64,000 bases of DNA from assembly GCA_964016885.1 (NCBI GenBank), contig OZ024756.1:31806001-31870000 (forward strand), written 5' to 3'. Source of the DNA: Eledone cirrhosa (lineage: Eukaryota). The translations under genes were made by a program, and so were the position numbers. Positions 14,270-29,149 of the stretch are shown here, in pieces. The notes under the pieces are model-generated. The model searched no databases. It was not told the DNA's origin and saw nothing but the letters and a program-made list of their open reading frames with translations. Within the stretch, counting starts at the first letter, position 1. Each line of letters opens with the position of its first letter.

Positions 14270-15290
14270 CATATATATCGAGAGGGAGAGAGAGAGATAT
14301 TTAGAGAGAGAAAGAGAGAGAGAGATTGAGAGAGAGAGGGTGAGAGAAAAAGCGAAAGAGAGAGAGAGATAGAGATAGATAGAGAGAGAGAGAGTGAGAG
14401 AGAGAGTGAGAGAGAGACACACACCACACATTTCCTTCATGATTATATATCTTCCGTTCACAGAAATCAATGATAAAGAAGCGCCGAAAATTCGAAACAT
14501 AACTACAAAATCCGCCGAAAAAAAAGTGTAATTGGTTGTGTCAGTAGAAATATTTTAACAAGGCATTATCTTTCACACTAAACAGATGACTTCTCTTCCA
14601 TTATGGAATAACAGGTTATATGTTATCATGTAGTTCACTAATGTAGATAATAAGCACCTTTCTAAATTTATGTAGTGTGATATAGCAGATTTCTCTGTCT
14701 GTAGCTATATCTCTTCTTCAAAAGCTTAGAAATCGATAAAGGTTTTATTCCAAGTAGGGATTAGAACATTAATAATTCATATTCGGATATATTTGTTATT
14801 TTTACGAGAATTACTTTAGGTGAAGGTAGAAACGTTATGGCGTCAAATAAAAGTCTTTCTGGCATCCGATTTATTTTTTGTACTATGCGTTCAAGTTTTG
14901 TTGAGGCTAACTTTAGTTTTCATTCTTTCGAGATCGATAAACAAATTACCAGTTCAGTCTACTCTACTATTGTCTCGCTTTCTTTCTCTCTTTGGAATTA
15001 TCGCTGTTGTTAACGCTGAAGAATGATGGGCGCCGCCATGTTTAAAAATGTTACGATTTTACTACTAGTCATTGGATCAGAGTTAAATTTAAAGCTTTCG
15101 CTAAAGTGAGTAAATGAGAAACTGTGTGAGTAAGAGAGATAGATAGATAGAGAGAGAGAGAGAGAAGGGAGGGATAGGAGAGAGTTTGAGGGGAGAGAGA
15201 ATATGAGAAGAGAGAGGGAGTGAGAGAGAGAACAAGAGAGAGAACAAGTGAGAGAGAGAGAGAACAAGAGAGAGAGAGAGAGAGAGAGAG

Positions 15291-15371
<81 letters not shown>

Positions 15372-15892
15372 TAAGATTTCTTTAAAATAAACCTTATAAA
15401 ATTCATGATTTGCAATCGCTGGTTCTGGTAGCTACAGAAACTAGTTTTGGCAGAGAAGACAACAAACAGGAAGCTATCTGTTTTAGCATGTAAGGATGCA
15501 CAATGATTTGAACTCGACAGTTTTTAGCCCAAACATCAATTTAAATTGTGAATTCAAAAATTAATAGAATTTAGTCGGAAAAAACAAAACCACAAATAAA
15601 AAAATTCAGGTCCAACCAATTAAAAGAGAAATAATACCATTTACTGTACTAATTAATAAATGATTAAGAGACCTGGGGATATAATTAAATAATTTAGTGT
15701 GGCTATGAATAGTTGGAAATGCCACCATTTTGCTTTTATTATATTTTGTGAGCAGGTATGGCGTGAATGAACGTGCTAGTGTAATTGACATATATATAAT
15801 GGCTTAGTGAGGTAGAGAGAGAGAGAGGGAGAGAGAGAGAGAGGGAGAGAGAGAGAGTGAGAGAGAGAGAGAGAATGAAACAAGTGAGAGAA

Positions 15893-15983
<91 letters not shown>

Positions 15984-16223
15984 GTTTGTGTGAGAGAGAG
16001 AGAGAGAGAGAACTTAAGAGAAGGAAAGAGTGAAAATAAAGAGATAGATACAGATAACATACGAGAAAAAAAGAGAGAGATAAAGAGAGATATAAAAAGC
16101 GAGAGAAATTGCGATATATAGATAGTTATATAGAGGCATAAAGAGGTAAATAGATACAAAGATACATCGAGATAGATAACGACATCGATAGAGTAATAGA
16201 CGCAAAGGGATATAGATAGATGT

Positions 16224-17190
16224 ATTTCTTTATTAGCCACAGGGGCACAAAAGAAGGGGACAAATACAAAGGGGGAAGTTTACATACAATAAAAACGTGT
16301 AAAATGTTATCACAGATGGAATTTAAAAGTTAGTCGATTTTCCCCAATAGAAGGAGACAGTTTATATGGGTAACACATACCCCCGAAAAAAAATGTGCAA
16401 CCCTCATCTCCAGGAGTACGAAGAGCTTGTACTCCTTTCCTCTCCTCCTCCTTTTCCTCAACCTACAGGCTGATATAGAGAGAAGGCCCATTCACTCGGG
16501 CCATTCTCGCCACTTTCACCCACCTTTCATAAAACTTGCTGGGGTACAGCACCTCTCTCTCCATCCTGATTCTTCTTCCAAAGTGGTATTTGAAAAAAAG
16601 AATCAGTTGTTGGCCGGAGAGAAAGGTGTCTGACCTCAGCCCTTTCAACCTCGTCCACCATATAACCACTTTCACCATAGCCATAACACATAGGAAAACC
16701 GCCTCTCCCTCGTTTTTGAAGGAGGGTGGCGGTCTGATCATGACAATGGACTCGGTGGTCAACCGGATTGGTCCCACCCGCGACAATAGTCTTTCTACAT
16801 AGCCCCACAGGTCGGTAACACCCAGGCAGTGTAAAAATGCGTGCGCGACGGTTTCCTCGTCGCGCACACATCTCGGACAGATCTTTTTCGAAGGGTCCCT
16901 ACCCGGGCGCCCATGTCTGTAGAGCTTGTCTCGAACTGGTAGAGCTCCTCGGTAGCACTGCCAGGCCAGGGACTTTTGGAAGTTGTCCATCGGTCCCGGG
17001 CGGAAGGTCCTACCGAACAGACTGGCCAGTTCGTCCTCCTCTATGCCTAGAGTTTCTCCGAGCGTGCCGTCGCACTTGCTGCGGACCAACTCTCTATAGA
17101 ATGTCGAAGTGAAGTCTCCACTGATCGCCGGGTCCGTTTGCCAGAGGACTGTGAGCACCCGAGCACATTCGATGTGCCAGTCGCCCATTT
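16224..17190 (-). mobile_element. 5'-truncated Tx1/L1-clade LINE (ORF2 C-terminus with zf-RVT-type CCHC region and 3' UTR)
   Basis: ORF 16463-17188: WQCYRGALPVRDKL...CPRCVRDEETVAHAFLHC; 3' end cctgtggctaataaagaaa; (GATA)n flanks. Confidence 0.88.
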
Positions 17191-17444
17191 AGATAGATAG
17201 ATAGATAAATAGATAGATAAACAGATAGACGGATAGAGACTTAGATTGATAGATAGATCGATAGATAGATAAAGTGATAGAGAGATAAGTGCAGGGCTAG
17301 TTACCCTGACCTCATTTGTGATATCATAAATTTGGCGCCAATTGCTGTTAAGCGACGACGGAGAGTTGTGTGATGAATCGTAGTTAAATCATAGTGTTTT
17401 GGCTCTCGTGTTATGAATGTGCTGAAAAATTAGTGTGAATTAGT

Positions 17445-17552
17445 AAAGGCGCCTGGCTTAGTGGTTTAAGTGTTCGTCCCATGATCGTACTTACGTCGGT
17501 TCGACCCTTTGACTGCGCAGTGCAGTGTGTTGTGTTCTTAAGCTCGGCGCTT
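17445..17552 (+). mobile_element. Degenerate tRNA-derived SINE family B head
   Basis: tggcttagtggtt (A-box), ggttcgac (B-box), gttgtgttctt body motif. Confidence 0.55.
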
Positions 17553-17621
17553 GATATCACGATGTTTTTCCTGATATGAGAGGAATATATAGACAGAAAG
17601 TCAAACAGATAGCTAGCTAGA

Positions 17622-17710
17622 TAGTTGAAATTAATACATGCAAGATTTAACAGCTCTAGCATCATTCCTTCATAATCAGCCTCTGAACTTTTCTGCCGAC
17701 CTTCGAATAC
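17622..17710. mobile_element. 3' half of the mariner-type MITE
   Basis: agttgaaattaat...acagctctagcatca...gaacttttctgccgac matches the 58105-58841 unit and right TIR. Confidence 0.6.
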
Positions 17711-18953
17711 TTAAACCGTCAATCGGTTTAAAAATCATTACTTGACCTTTGGGTGATTTAAAAATTTTAGCAGAATCCACTCTATTGCAACGATTTAGGC
17801 CAGGTATCCAGTTTGAAAATACTTTAGCTACCTTTCTCTGTTCGCCTTCCATCATTCATGGAGGCGCAGAAAAAGGGACATCAGTACTCCCATTCACATT
17901 ATGGTAAAACCAGTAAAAGTTAAAACGAAAAAAAAAAAACTGAAAAGAAAAACATAAAAAAACCCATCTTTTTTTCGTTGATAATTTTTTCGAGGGCTTA
18001 TCAATTTTGTCATAGGGATTACAGTTTAAGGACCACTTCTCTTCCTTCCTTCCCCCTTTCCTGTTTTTCTTCCTTACTTCTTTCTTTAGCTCACGTCCAC
18101 AATTCTCGAAAACCCTCGAAAAATAATCATGGGTGGGTGGGTGTTGACCTTCCTGCCTTGATTAAGCCGGTAAAAATATAACAAACAAATATACACAAAA
18201 AGAAAACAATAAAAAACAAAAATAAACAAAAAATAAACAAAACAAAACAATAAGAACAATCACAACCCCGCAAAAAAACAAAAACAAAACAACACAACTC
18301 CGCCAAAAAAACCCCAACTACAACCACAACCCCGCCCCCAAAACAAAACAACCACAACCCTACCAAAAATAAACAAAACAACAACAACAAACAACCCCGC
18401 TAAAAACAACAACATCAACCACAACCCCGCCAAAAAAAAACACGAAAACAAAACAACAACAACAACAACCACAACTAACAAAACCAAAAGAAAACAACAA
18501 CAAAAAAACAAAACCAAACCAAACCAAACCAAACAAGGAACAAAAACTGTCCTTTGTCAATCATTTTTCAGACAGTTTATCAACTATGCCATGAAAGTCT
18601 TTATAATATTGGCATAGAATAAGTACAATATATCTAATGTTATGTTCGATTAAGTCTCATTTTTGAAATATTTTTTCATTAAATATCATTATGATATATA
18701 TAGTTTTTTCAATAAATTCTAACTATAGTCTCTTTCACTTCCTTATTGTGCTTTTCACTTCCAATTTAATCTTAATAATATCCCATACGATAATAATATT
18801 AGACTTGAAAATGGCAGTATGATATTAAATAATTTTTTTCTTTAGTTCAATGTTTCGTCAATTGTCTCATTATTTCATGTCACACACACAAACTCTCTCT
18901 CTCTCTTTTCTATCTCTTGCTTTCACTCTTTCTCCCCTCCCCCTCTCTCTCTC

Positions 18954-18984
<31 letters not shown>

Positions 18985-18985
18985 G

Positions 18986-19106
<121 letters not shown>

Positions 19107-19276
19107 ATATGTATGTATATTTATACATATATATATATGTATATGAATGTATATGTATATGAATGTATATATATGTATTTATATATATATAGATATATAT
19201 ATGTGTGTGTGTGTAGGAGTGTGTGTATTTTCTATATCAATATCTATATCTATCTATCTATATATCTATCTATCTA

Positions 19277-19368
<92 letters not shown>

Positions 19369-19806
19369 TATCTATATATCTATATATAGTTTCCCATATA
19401 TATATACGGGAAACTTTTCACATATATATATATACATGTATACGCACACATTCATACATAGATACATACATACATATTGAAGTTTTTTTGGGTCGTATTG
19501 TCTGAAAGTCTAATATATCGTCAGACATTTTGGTTTTGTTAGTTTCATTATTTTTATTATATTTTTGTCTTCGATAGGAAAAAGAAATGTCTTTTATTTA
19601 TTTCCTATTGTGATATCGTTTTTATCTGTTATCAGCCATCTTATAATTTTTCACTTAAAAAAAAATAATTACCTACCATTTTATGTCTGATAACTCTTTT
19701 GAAATTCATAATCTCCTGTATTGTTGTTAGACGGAAATTCTTCGGAAGCACTTCTTATATACGTATACACACACACACATATATATATATATGTATGTAT
19801 GTATGA

Positions 19807-19910
<104 letters not shown>

Positions 19911-20027
19911 GATATAGATATAGATATAGATATACACATATGTATATATAGATATAGATATAGATATACACATGCACACACACATACACACACGCACATA
20001 TATATATATATAAATAAATATATATAC

Positions 20028-20063
<36 letters not shown>

Positions 20064-20109
20064 TATATATATATATATATATATACAGTATATATATATA
20101 TATATACAG

Positions 20110-20146
<37 letters not shown>

Positions 20147-20530
20147 GAATATATATATATATATATATATAAATATACATATATAAATGTATATATGTAT
20201 ATATAAGCTTATACGTATGTGTATATGTTTATATAAAAGGTATACAGACAAACACACACACACACACACACATATAATATATATATATTATATATATATA
20301 TATACATACATATGATACATGTAATACAAGGTCACCAATGAAAAACACTGAAAACAGACAGGGAAAACAAGGAAAAATGTGTTATTAGTTTCACCGTTGT
20401 ATTACATGGAAAGACACGGCAGTATTAGAAGGCTTAAGAGAGAGAGAAAAGGAAAAAACCAAAACAAAGACCAGGATCAGAAAATGTTCAGCTGGAGGGA
20501 CGATATGGAGAAGTACATCTCTCTCTCTGT

Positions 20531-20580
<50 letters not shown>

Positions 20581-20582
20581 GA

Positions 20583-20735
20583 AGATCCGGTTAAGGGTGG
20601 AAGCAGCGATTCTTTGCTTAAACTTTAATCTGTTATTTTAATAAATATTTTAATAAATATTTGCTCTACAGTTCTAATATATTCGATATATATTTATCCT
20701 TATCGAGCCCTCTTTGGATTTTAGTCTTCAAATAT
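20583..20735. mobile_element. Short TA-associated repeat family (further copies 23296-23405, 35904-36092), probably PLE-derived
   Basis: Shared aagcagcgattctttgctt-aactttaatctgttatttt in both orientations, always next to (TA)n; eroded TGAAGA...GAAA motif on the minus strand. Confidence 0.5.
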
Positions 20736-20743
20736 ATTATTAT

Positions 20744-20820
<77 letters not shown>

Positions 20821-20879
20821 TCTTTTTATATAAATGTATATATATGATGTTTTCCAAGAAAAATTATGTTTGATTGATA

Positions 20880-21030
20880 CAGCTTGGCATCAGTGTCATC
20901 GTAACTTATTTTTCCAGCTATGTAGAGAGAACCAACGTGAAATAAAGTGAAAATCTTGCTCAAGGAACCAACGGGCCACCTTACAATCGTAAAGCCAATA
21001 TCCAAACCACTAATCCTCGCGTCTTCCCTA
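20880..21030 (-). mobile_element. Degenerate SINE family B
   Basis: caacgtgaaataaagtg...cttgctcaagga motif shared with 25301 and 25950. Confidence 0.55.
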
Positions 21031-21827
21031 CTTTCGAACGCCCCCATACAAATTCTGTTTCACCCTCATCATGGACGACGTAACTTCATGACGAGAATGT
21101 TTTTAAATTCAATAATGTGATGACGGTATACGGTGTTTACTGTGTGCAAATTAACTTCGGCATTGATAAAGATAATGTTGTTATTATTTCAGTTTGGCTG
21201 ACATTGATTATAGGCAAGACATTTCATTACAATGTTAAACAGAAATTATTGGTTTCTTTCATCGCTAGCTGCTGTCTCTTTTCTTAATACTAGACGGATA
21301 ACGAAATTCGCAGTGTCATCCCTCTAATTAAGTTTATGACACGTAAGCTTCCCCATTCCACAAGTCCTTTTGTGTTTTTTGTTTGCTTTTCGTTTCGTTT
21401 AGTTTCTTATAATAGAAGACAAACATAGATTGAAATTTTAGATTATTTTAACTTTGATTTATATCGTTTTGCTGTAATCCAATACATCAATAATTGCCAA
21501 ACTAACTTTCTTGATATAAAAACTGTTGTAGGTATTCGTTCTAATCTTCTCTGTGTGAATGGGATACAAGACGAAGATCAAGAACAGAGAGCGGCAGAGG
21601 GAGGGGGAGGGTGAGAGATAGGAGGAGGGAGAGAGAGAAATGTTAGATAGAGAGAATGATAGAAAGGGGAGAAAGAAAGAGGGGACAAAGAGAGAGAGAG
21701 AAAGAGATAGAAAGAGAGCGAGAGATAAAGAAAGAGAGAAAAACTGATAGACAGATAGGAAGATAGAGAGAAAAGGCGAGAAGGTGATTGATAGGTGGAT
21801 ACACACACACACACACACACACACATA

Positions 21828-21859
<32 letters not shown>

Positions 21860-22165
21860 TAGATAAATAGAGATAGAGAGATAGATAGAGATATGGAATC
21901 TGTAAGACGTTTGATTTGCATTTGCTTCATAGATGTGACAAAGTGTATCAGTACGTTTGTTAAATACACTTATATATTGATGTCACCGTCGCTTTCGATG
22001 CAAGGAACTTATCGCGGCCATCTTTGAGCGGTATTTCAGAAACAAGATGTCCGAATGGATTAATAAAAGTAGAAGTAATTAGACTAACTAGACTTCATCT
22101 TTTACTTTTACCGGGTTTAATACCACCATGATAACCCGGGAGAGAGAGAGAGAGAGAGAGGGGGG

Positions 22166-22234
<69 letters not shown>

Positions 22235-22237
<3 letters not shown>

Positions 22238-23046
22238 GTATATATATAAAATTAAGTATGTGTGTGTGTCTGTGTGTCTGTGTATTACCTATAGGGGCCT
22301 ACATCTTACGACCGATTTTCATGAAACTTTACAGGCTCATAGATTAGTCATCGGGGAGTGTTTTCCATATATCAGCGTATCGTTTTCTTTTTATTCCGGT
22401 GTCATTCTGCAGATAAAAATCGATAGGGGGTCACCTTTGTTTGGGTATAAAAAAATAAGGTTTTTAGCTCTAGCTCCCACATTTTGCCACCGATTTCGTT
22501 CAAATTTTAAAGCAAAATAGAATTTAGCATTGCACATCCTGTAATGGCTTTATATTTTGCATTTATTGTTCAGGGACGGCGTGGCAGCCGCTTAAATATT
22601 CAAAAATACCACTTTTATACTCAAATTTTCACTTTTTCGGCTCTAGCTCCCACATTAATCAACCTACTTTGTTCAAATTTTACACTACGCTATTTCTGAT
22701 TATTTCACGTCTTATAGTGGCTTTATAGTTTGGATTCATTGTTCAGGAACGGCGTGGCAGCCGCTTAAATATTCGAAAATACCACCTTTTCGCTCAAATT
22801 TCCGCCTTTTCGGCTCTAGCTCCCACATTTTCCACCGATTTCGTTCAAATTCGAAACTCCCTCCCCCTGCATGCCCCTTCGTCAGTCACCCGCGTTTCTC
22901 AGTGATAGAGGTCATCATCACCCTCCCCCGCATAGCCTGTGTGTGGCCATAGATGTGTCATCGATAAGCAGTCGCTAAGATCAACACCTTTTCATCAAAG
23001 TAGATATTATTTTACCTGCCCAGGCAACGCTGGGTACTGCTGCTAG
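22235..23046 (+). mobile_element. Non-autonomous Helitron with internal ~173-bp tandem repeat
   Basis: A|TC 5' end (tctgtatatatataaaa); subterminal hairpin cccaggcaacgctggg; CTAG|T 3' end; ctctagctcccacatt recurs at 22468, 22641, 22814. Confidence 0.85.
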
Positions 23047-23146
23047 TACACATATATATTTGATTTAGAAATGGCTTCTACAGGACTAGAACAATTTCAT
23101 TCGGGAGAAATCATCAGGAAAGCCCGGGATAATATATATATGTATA

Positions 23147-23301
<155 letters not shown>

Positions 23302-23889
23302 ACAGATTAAAGTTTAAGCAAAGAATCGCTGCTTTCACACTTAACTGGATGTTTTGAAAGTATATTTCGATATATATATTATCCTTATCGATTTTAGTCT
23401 TCACATTTATTCACATTTATACAGGGAGAGATAGAGAGAGGGAGAGAGAGAGATAAAGAGAGTGAAAAAGAGATCGATACAGTGACCTAACCTAATGATT
23501 GGGAAACGAACTTCGTAACCATTCATTCGGTCATGTTGCAAATAGCCGCCCCTTACCAAATAACAGATCTCTAAGAAACACCTGATGTGTTTCAAATGTT
23601 AAATAAAAAGGAAGATGAATGCTGTCTCTGTGTGCCACAGTGACTCGTAAATCCACTACTTAATGTCAAATCGGAGTTAGAAAACGCTAAGCCTGACGAA
23701 ATATGTACTTTGCTTTCATTTCCATCTCACTTCCATTATGTCTAGCATATACACACAACTTACACTACATGTACTATATACATTATATCGGCTATATATA
23801 CACAATATAGTCTGAATAACGCCCTCCTATTGCTATGTATTGCTGACGACACAATCACACAATCCTAACAGAAGAACTAATCGATATCA

Positions 23890-23936
<47 letters not shown>

Positions 23937-23937
23937 A

Positions 23938-24053
<116 letters not shown>

Positions 24054-24106
24054 CACACACACACATATATATATATAGAGAGAGATATACACAGACACAC
24101 ACACAC

Positions 24107-24142
<36 letters not shown>

Positions 24143-24196
24143 GGAGAGAGAGGCACACAGACACACACATATATATATATATATACACACACACAT

Positions 24197-24833
24197 GATT
24201 TTTGGTATCTAGTCTTTAATGCGAAGAAATACCAATGAAAATCAGCAGACTGCTGATGATGGACTGTTTCTCGGTCTACTTCCATTCATATGTTCACATT
24301 CGAAACAACGCAGCACGCCATTTTTCATTCACATATATTTTTTTCCCCTCGCTGTGGTTCGTACTTTTTCTGTCACCTTACTGCTATCCTCTTTCTCTCT
24401 CCCCCTTTTCTCTCCTTCTACCTCTTGCTTTCATTCACCCCTCTGCTTGTCACACACTCTCTCGGCTGGCCTCTTCCTCACACTTTCACTCACTCTCTCC
24501 GCTACTCCCCCTCTCTCACTTCCTCTCGTCTGACATGTGTGAAATTCTTTTCTCTCTCACTTTTCGAAAGGCTCGGACATGTCTGCCTCTTCTCGTCATT
24601 TGATTTGTTCGGACTTAAGCCCAGAAGATTCATTCACTTGTCTCTCTTTTCCTCTCTTTACGTTGCATTACTACCATGTTTGTTTACTTTTTCCTTTTCG
24701 CTCTGTCCCGATAACTTTATTTAGTTATCGCTGGCACTGATTTTAGGTATCTAGTCTTTAATGCGAAGAAATACCAATGATAAACAGCAGACTACTGATG
24801 ATGGACAGTCTTGTTTCTCGGTCTATTTTCATT

Positions 24834-24838
<5 letters not shown>
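24197..24838 (+). repeat. Local direct duplication of ~100 bp (24197-24295 and 24737-24838)
   Basis: ggtatctagtctttaatgcgaagaaataccaatga...ctgatgatggac...tttctcggtcta present twice. Confidence 0.85.
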
Positions 24839-24877
<39 letters not shown>

Positions 24878-25163
24878 AAGAGAGAGAGAGAAAGAGAGAG
24901 TGAAAGTGTGTGTAAGAGAGTGAGTGTGTGTGTGAGAGAGAGAGAGAGAGTGACACAGTGAGGTGCATCAGAGGGAGAGACAAATAGAAAGATAGAAAGA
25001 AAAGATACTTTGTCACGGACACATTTATAGCAGGTGAAATTCTGAAGCATGATTGTCTGAACAAGATCACTAACAATTACAATAATACGAACACACATAT
25101 ACTTACAAATATATATACATATATACATGCCAACATACGTACACACACACACATATATATATA

Positions 25164-25206
<43 letters not shown>

Positions 25207-25300
25207 AGCGATCGACTTTTGTCAAATCGGACCGAGGAAACAATGTTTCCGTTGGTCTTTCCAGTTGCTAATACTATCTATCGGTCGCAACTCCAGGTAG

Positions 25301-25422
25301 AAGGAGCAACGTGAAATAAAGTGCCTTGCTCAAGGACATAACGCATCGCCCGGTCCAGGAATCGAACTCACAACCTCAAGATTGTGAATCCAATTCTCTA
25401 ACCACTCAGCCACACGCCTTCA
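25301..25422 (-). mobile_element. SINE family B, 5' part
   Basis: Minus strand gaaggcgtgtggctgagtggttagag...gagttcgattcc tRNA-like head, then ccttgagcaaggcactttatttcacgttgctcc. Confidence 0.85.
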
Positions 25423-25849
25423 CTATATATATATATATATATACATATACATACACACACACACACACACACATAAATATATATATATATATGAACATAT
25501 GTATGTATACATTTATACCTAAATACATATATACATATATACCTACCTACAGACTTACAAACATCCATACTTAAATACATACTTATGTATACATATATGC
25601 CTACATGCACATATATGTACACATATAATTATGGTAATATTAAGATTGTTAACACCAATTAAACATGCAATCATTTCAAGCATTATCTCAGAAAGAACTC
25701 AATAGAAGGTGTAGTGTTAAATATCTGTATATTTTGTTATACACTAAATATAGTAAATAGATAACTCCTATACAAAATATCACCGTGATATGACTTCTTA
25801 TATATATTTTGTTAGACACTAAATGTGTGTGACAGCTCACACCTATGGA

Positions 25850-26073
25850 GGTTTAGCTGGCCTCCTCCAAGGTATGTCTCGTTGGAGGTGTCTTGTGTAA
25901 TTTAATGATAGGGACCCCAGTCCTATCATCTCATTTCTACAGCTGATTAAACTGGAGCAACGTGAAATAAAGTATCTTGCTCAAGGAAACAACACATCAC
26001 CCGACCCGAGAATTGAACACACAATCTTTCGATTGCAAGTCCAATGTTCTAACTACTAAGTCATGCGCCTTCA
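25850..26073 (-). mobile_element. SINE family B
   Basis: Same head and body motifs; two short hairpins in the tail region. Confidence 0.75.
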
Positions 26074-26199
26074 CTATATACACTAAATATATTAAATAGA
26101 TAACTCCTATACAAAATATCACAGTGATATGACTTCTTATGTGCCTTGTGTACATATAGGGTTTGGTTAAGGTTGTTCTTTTTATTGTAATAGTTGTGT

Positions 26200-26340
26200 A
26201 GGTAGAGAATTGGCATAATGTTAGAATATCGGATAGAATGCTTTGCGGTATTTGTTCTGTCTCTCTGCTCTCTGAGTTCAAATCCTGGTGAAGTCAACTG
26301 TGCCTTTCAGCCATTCGAGGTCTATTAAAACGTAGGAGTT
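26200..26340 (+). mobile_element. Degenerate SINE family A
   Basis: ttggcataatgttag...ctgagttcaaatcc...gcctttca. Confidence 0.65.
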
Positions 26341-27519
26341 TAGATAAAGGATCGATCTTTCCTCTATAACTATTTATCACGTCCATTTCTCTCACTCTCT
26401 ATCTTTCTTTAGAAAAAATCTGCTGTGTTCAGGGGAGATGGGTTCCATCAGGTTAAAAAAAAAACTAATTATGAATCGGTTAACATCTAGAGATTAATAT
26501 AATTGATTATACCTGTCCCTTTTGCCTTATACCTGTCCCATTTCTGGCTTTGTGACTTACTTTTGAAAAATCATTCGCACTCTTGTGAGAAACGTGCATG
26601 ACATTTAGAATTAAAAAAAATATATATAACGAGGACGAGTAGCGTGAACTTTGATCAGTCAGTTCTGCCCTACGGGCATTTCTCCCACACTCTCTCGCTT
26701 CCTTTCTGCGAAGACAGACAAGTGCACAAAACGTTATATTCTTTAATTCTTTGCAACAAATCATCTCCGCGGACTCTTTCTAAGAACTCTGCAATTTTAG
26801 AAATCAATTATTCTTTTGACAAATAAACGCATTACTAAATAACTTCAAGCAAAAAAAAAAAAAAGAAAAAACCCATCCAAAACACAAACACAAACAAAAC
26901 AAACGAAAGCAACAATAACAAATTCAAAACAAAACAGAAAATAAAACAAACAAACTACAAGCATAACAACAAAACACAACAAAACATAACATGAAAAACA
27001 AATCGAAGTAAAATAATAAAAGAAGAAAGGAAAATTAAGAAAAATATAATAATTTTATATAGTCACTCAGAAATTAGCATTTTCGACAGAACATAGTGTT
27101 GATATATAAAGAGAAAGTATTTGGTATTGGTGTTGATGGTAATGGGAATAGTTGTCTGTTGATGGTTGTTGGCTGAATGTAATAAGTTAATTTATGCAAA
27201 ATTATTGTAAATTATATTCTATTGCCCTAAAATGCTTTATTGATTATGAAAATAACATTCAGTGGAATATAATTACTACAAGTTTATATACTTAGTGAAA
27301 TCATTTTCGTTATATTTTCGGCTTGCTTTTTTTTTTTCATCTTAAATTTAAATTTGTATTGAAGGAGAAACTGTGATTTACTACTGATGTCTTTCAATTA
27401 GTTAAACGTGGCATGGCCGAATGGTTAAGATGTTCGCTATGTAATAATAAGAATCCGGGTACGATCTGCATACATCAATGCAAACCTTGTGCGCTGCAAG
27501 CATTGCGTTGAGCCGCTGC

Positions 27520-27720
27520 TTATCCCGGTTTCAAGACGTGAAGCGACTGAGAGTACAAGACTACCCACCCACTGGACAGGACGCTAGTCCATTGCAGGGT
27601 TAAACCCCAGCTATTACTGGTACGCATTTTCAGCTGAGTATACTGTGGAGCAACGTGAAATGAACCGTTTTGCTCAAGAACACAACACGCAACCCAGCAC
27701 AGGAATCGAACCCACGATGG
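27520..27720 (-). mobile_element. SINE family B variant with V-domain-like tail
   Basis: Minus strand ggttcgattcc B-box, gttgtgttcttgagcaa body, ccctgcaatggactagcgtcctgtccag. Confidence 0.7.
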
Positions 27721-28043
27721 GAGTGTTGCGTGTTGTGTTGGTGATGGCGGAGGCAACTGGTATTGGCGTTGGAGGTAGTGGGGCTGTTATAAATTATGGT
27801 GGTAGGCGTGTATAAGCTTCTAGATGTGATGATGGTCTGCCACTGATGATAATATAGCTGATGTGGGTTTGGTCTATATGTTGTGAGCGAGTGGTGGTGG
27901 TAGTGGACGATGCAGTGGTGGTGGCGGTGGCATTAGTAGTGGTAGTAGTTTTGGTGTACCATTTTTAGGATATTAAAAGAAGGCGGTAAGCTGTGTGTAA
28001 TTTCTACATCAGGAAATGGTAGCATTGAAATTACAGCAGCAGC

Positions 28044-28076
<33 letters not shown>

Positions 28077-28142
28077 AATAATAGTAATAACAACGAAAAC
28101 TACAATACCCTCAACGACAACAATAATAACAACAACAACAAT

Positions 28143-28180
<38 letters not shown>

Positions 28181-28260
28181 CATACACACACACACACATA
28201 TATGTATATATACGCATACACACACAGAGACATAGAAACAATCGTATATATATATGTACT

Positions 28261-28315
<55 letters not shown>

Positions 28316-28490
28316 AGAGAGAGCAACATAGACAGAGTGACAGAGTGACAGAGCAATAGAGAAAGAAAGAGAGAGAGGGAGAGAGAATAAAATGGAGAGA
28401 GACAGAGAGACATGGAGAGTAAGAGAGCGAGAGAAAAGGAGACAGAGAGTAAGAGAGAGACAGAGAGAGACAGAGAGAGAGATGCAGAGC

Positions 28491-28529
<39 letters not shown>

Positions 28530-28728
28530 TAAAAGAAAGTGTTTGATTAACAGTAGTTAGGTTACAAACAAAAAACTCAGCCAATTTTCCAGAAGCCGTC
28601 CAAAGCAGTGCCAAGATATTGGACACATTTTCGTGACTAAAGCATTATTGGAGCAATTCTGCACGACTCTGTCTTGGCCTCACTGTGATATTGCATTGTC
28701 AGCAGTGCACGTAATGTGAAAGACACCA

Positions 28729-28729
<1 letters not shown>

Positions 28730-28791
<62 letters not shown>

Positions 28792-28832
28792 GCTGATGCT
28801 GCTACTACTATTGATACAGCTATAGCTGATGT

Positions 28833-28899
<67 letters not shown>

Positions 28900-28919
28900 G
28901 CTGCTGCTGCAGCTGCTGG

Positions 28920-28994
<75 letters not shown>

Positions 28995-28996
28995 GG

Positions 28997-29093
<97 letters not shown>

Positions 29094-29103
29094 GTAACTA
29101 CTA
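28730..29103. repeat. Compound (CTA)n/(CTG)n microsatellite
   Basis: Directly visible. Confidence 0.98.
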
Positions 29104-29149
29104 GGCGATGGCATTGCGGAAATGCGCATAACTCAATAAATGTAATTAT

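Noticed and set aside
23085-23125. Minus-strand CTGATGA...GAAA
   Set aside because: No stem I complementarity and no closing G-C pair in stem II.
24250-24318. CTGATGA...GAAA as a hammerhead
   Set aside because: No UH cleavage site with a matching stem I; stem II does not close on GAAA.
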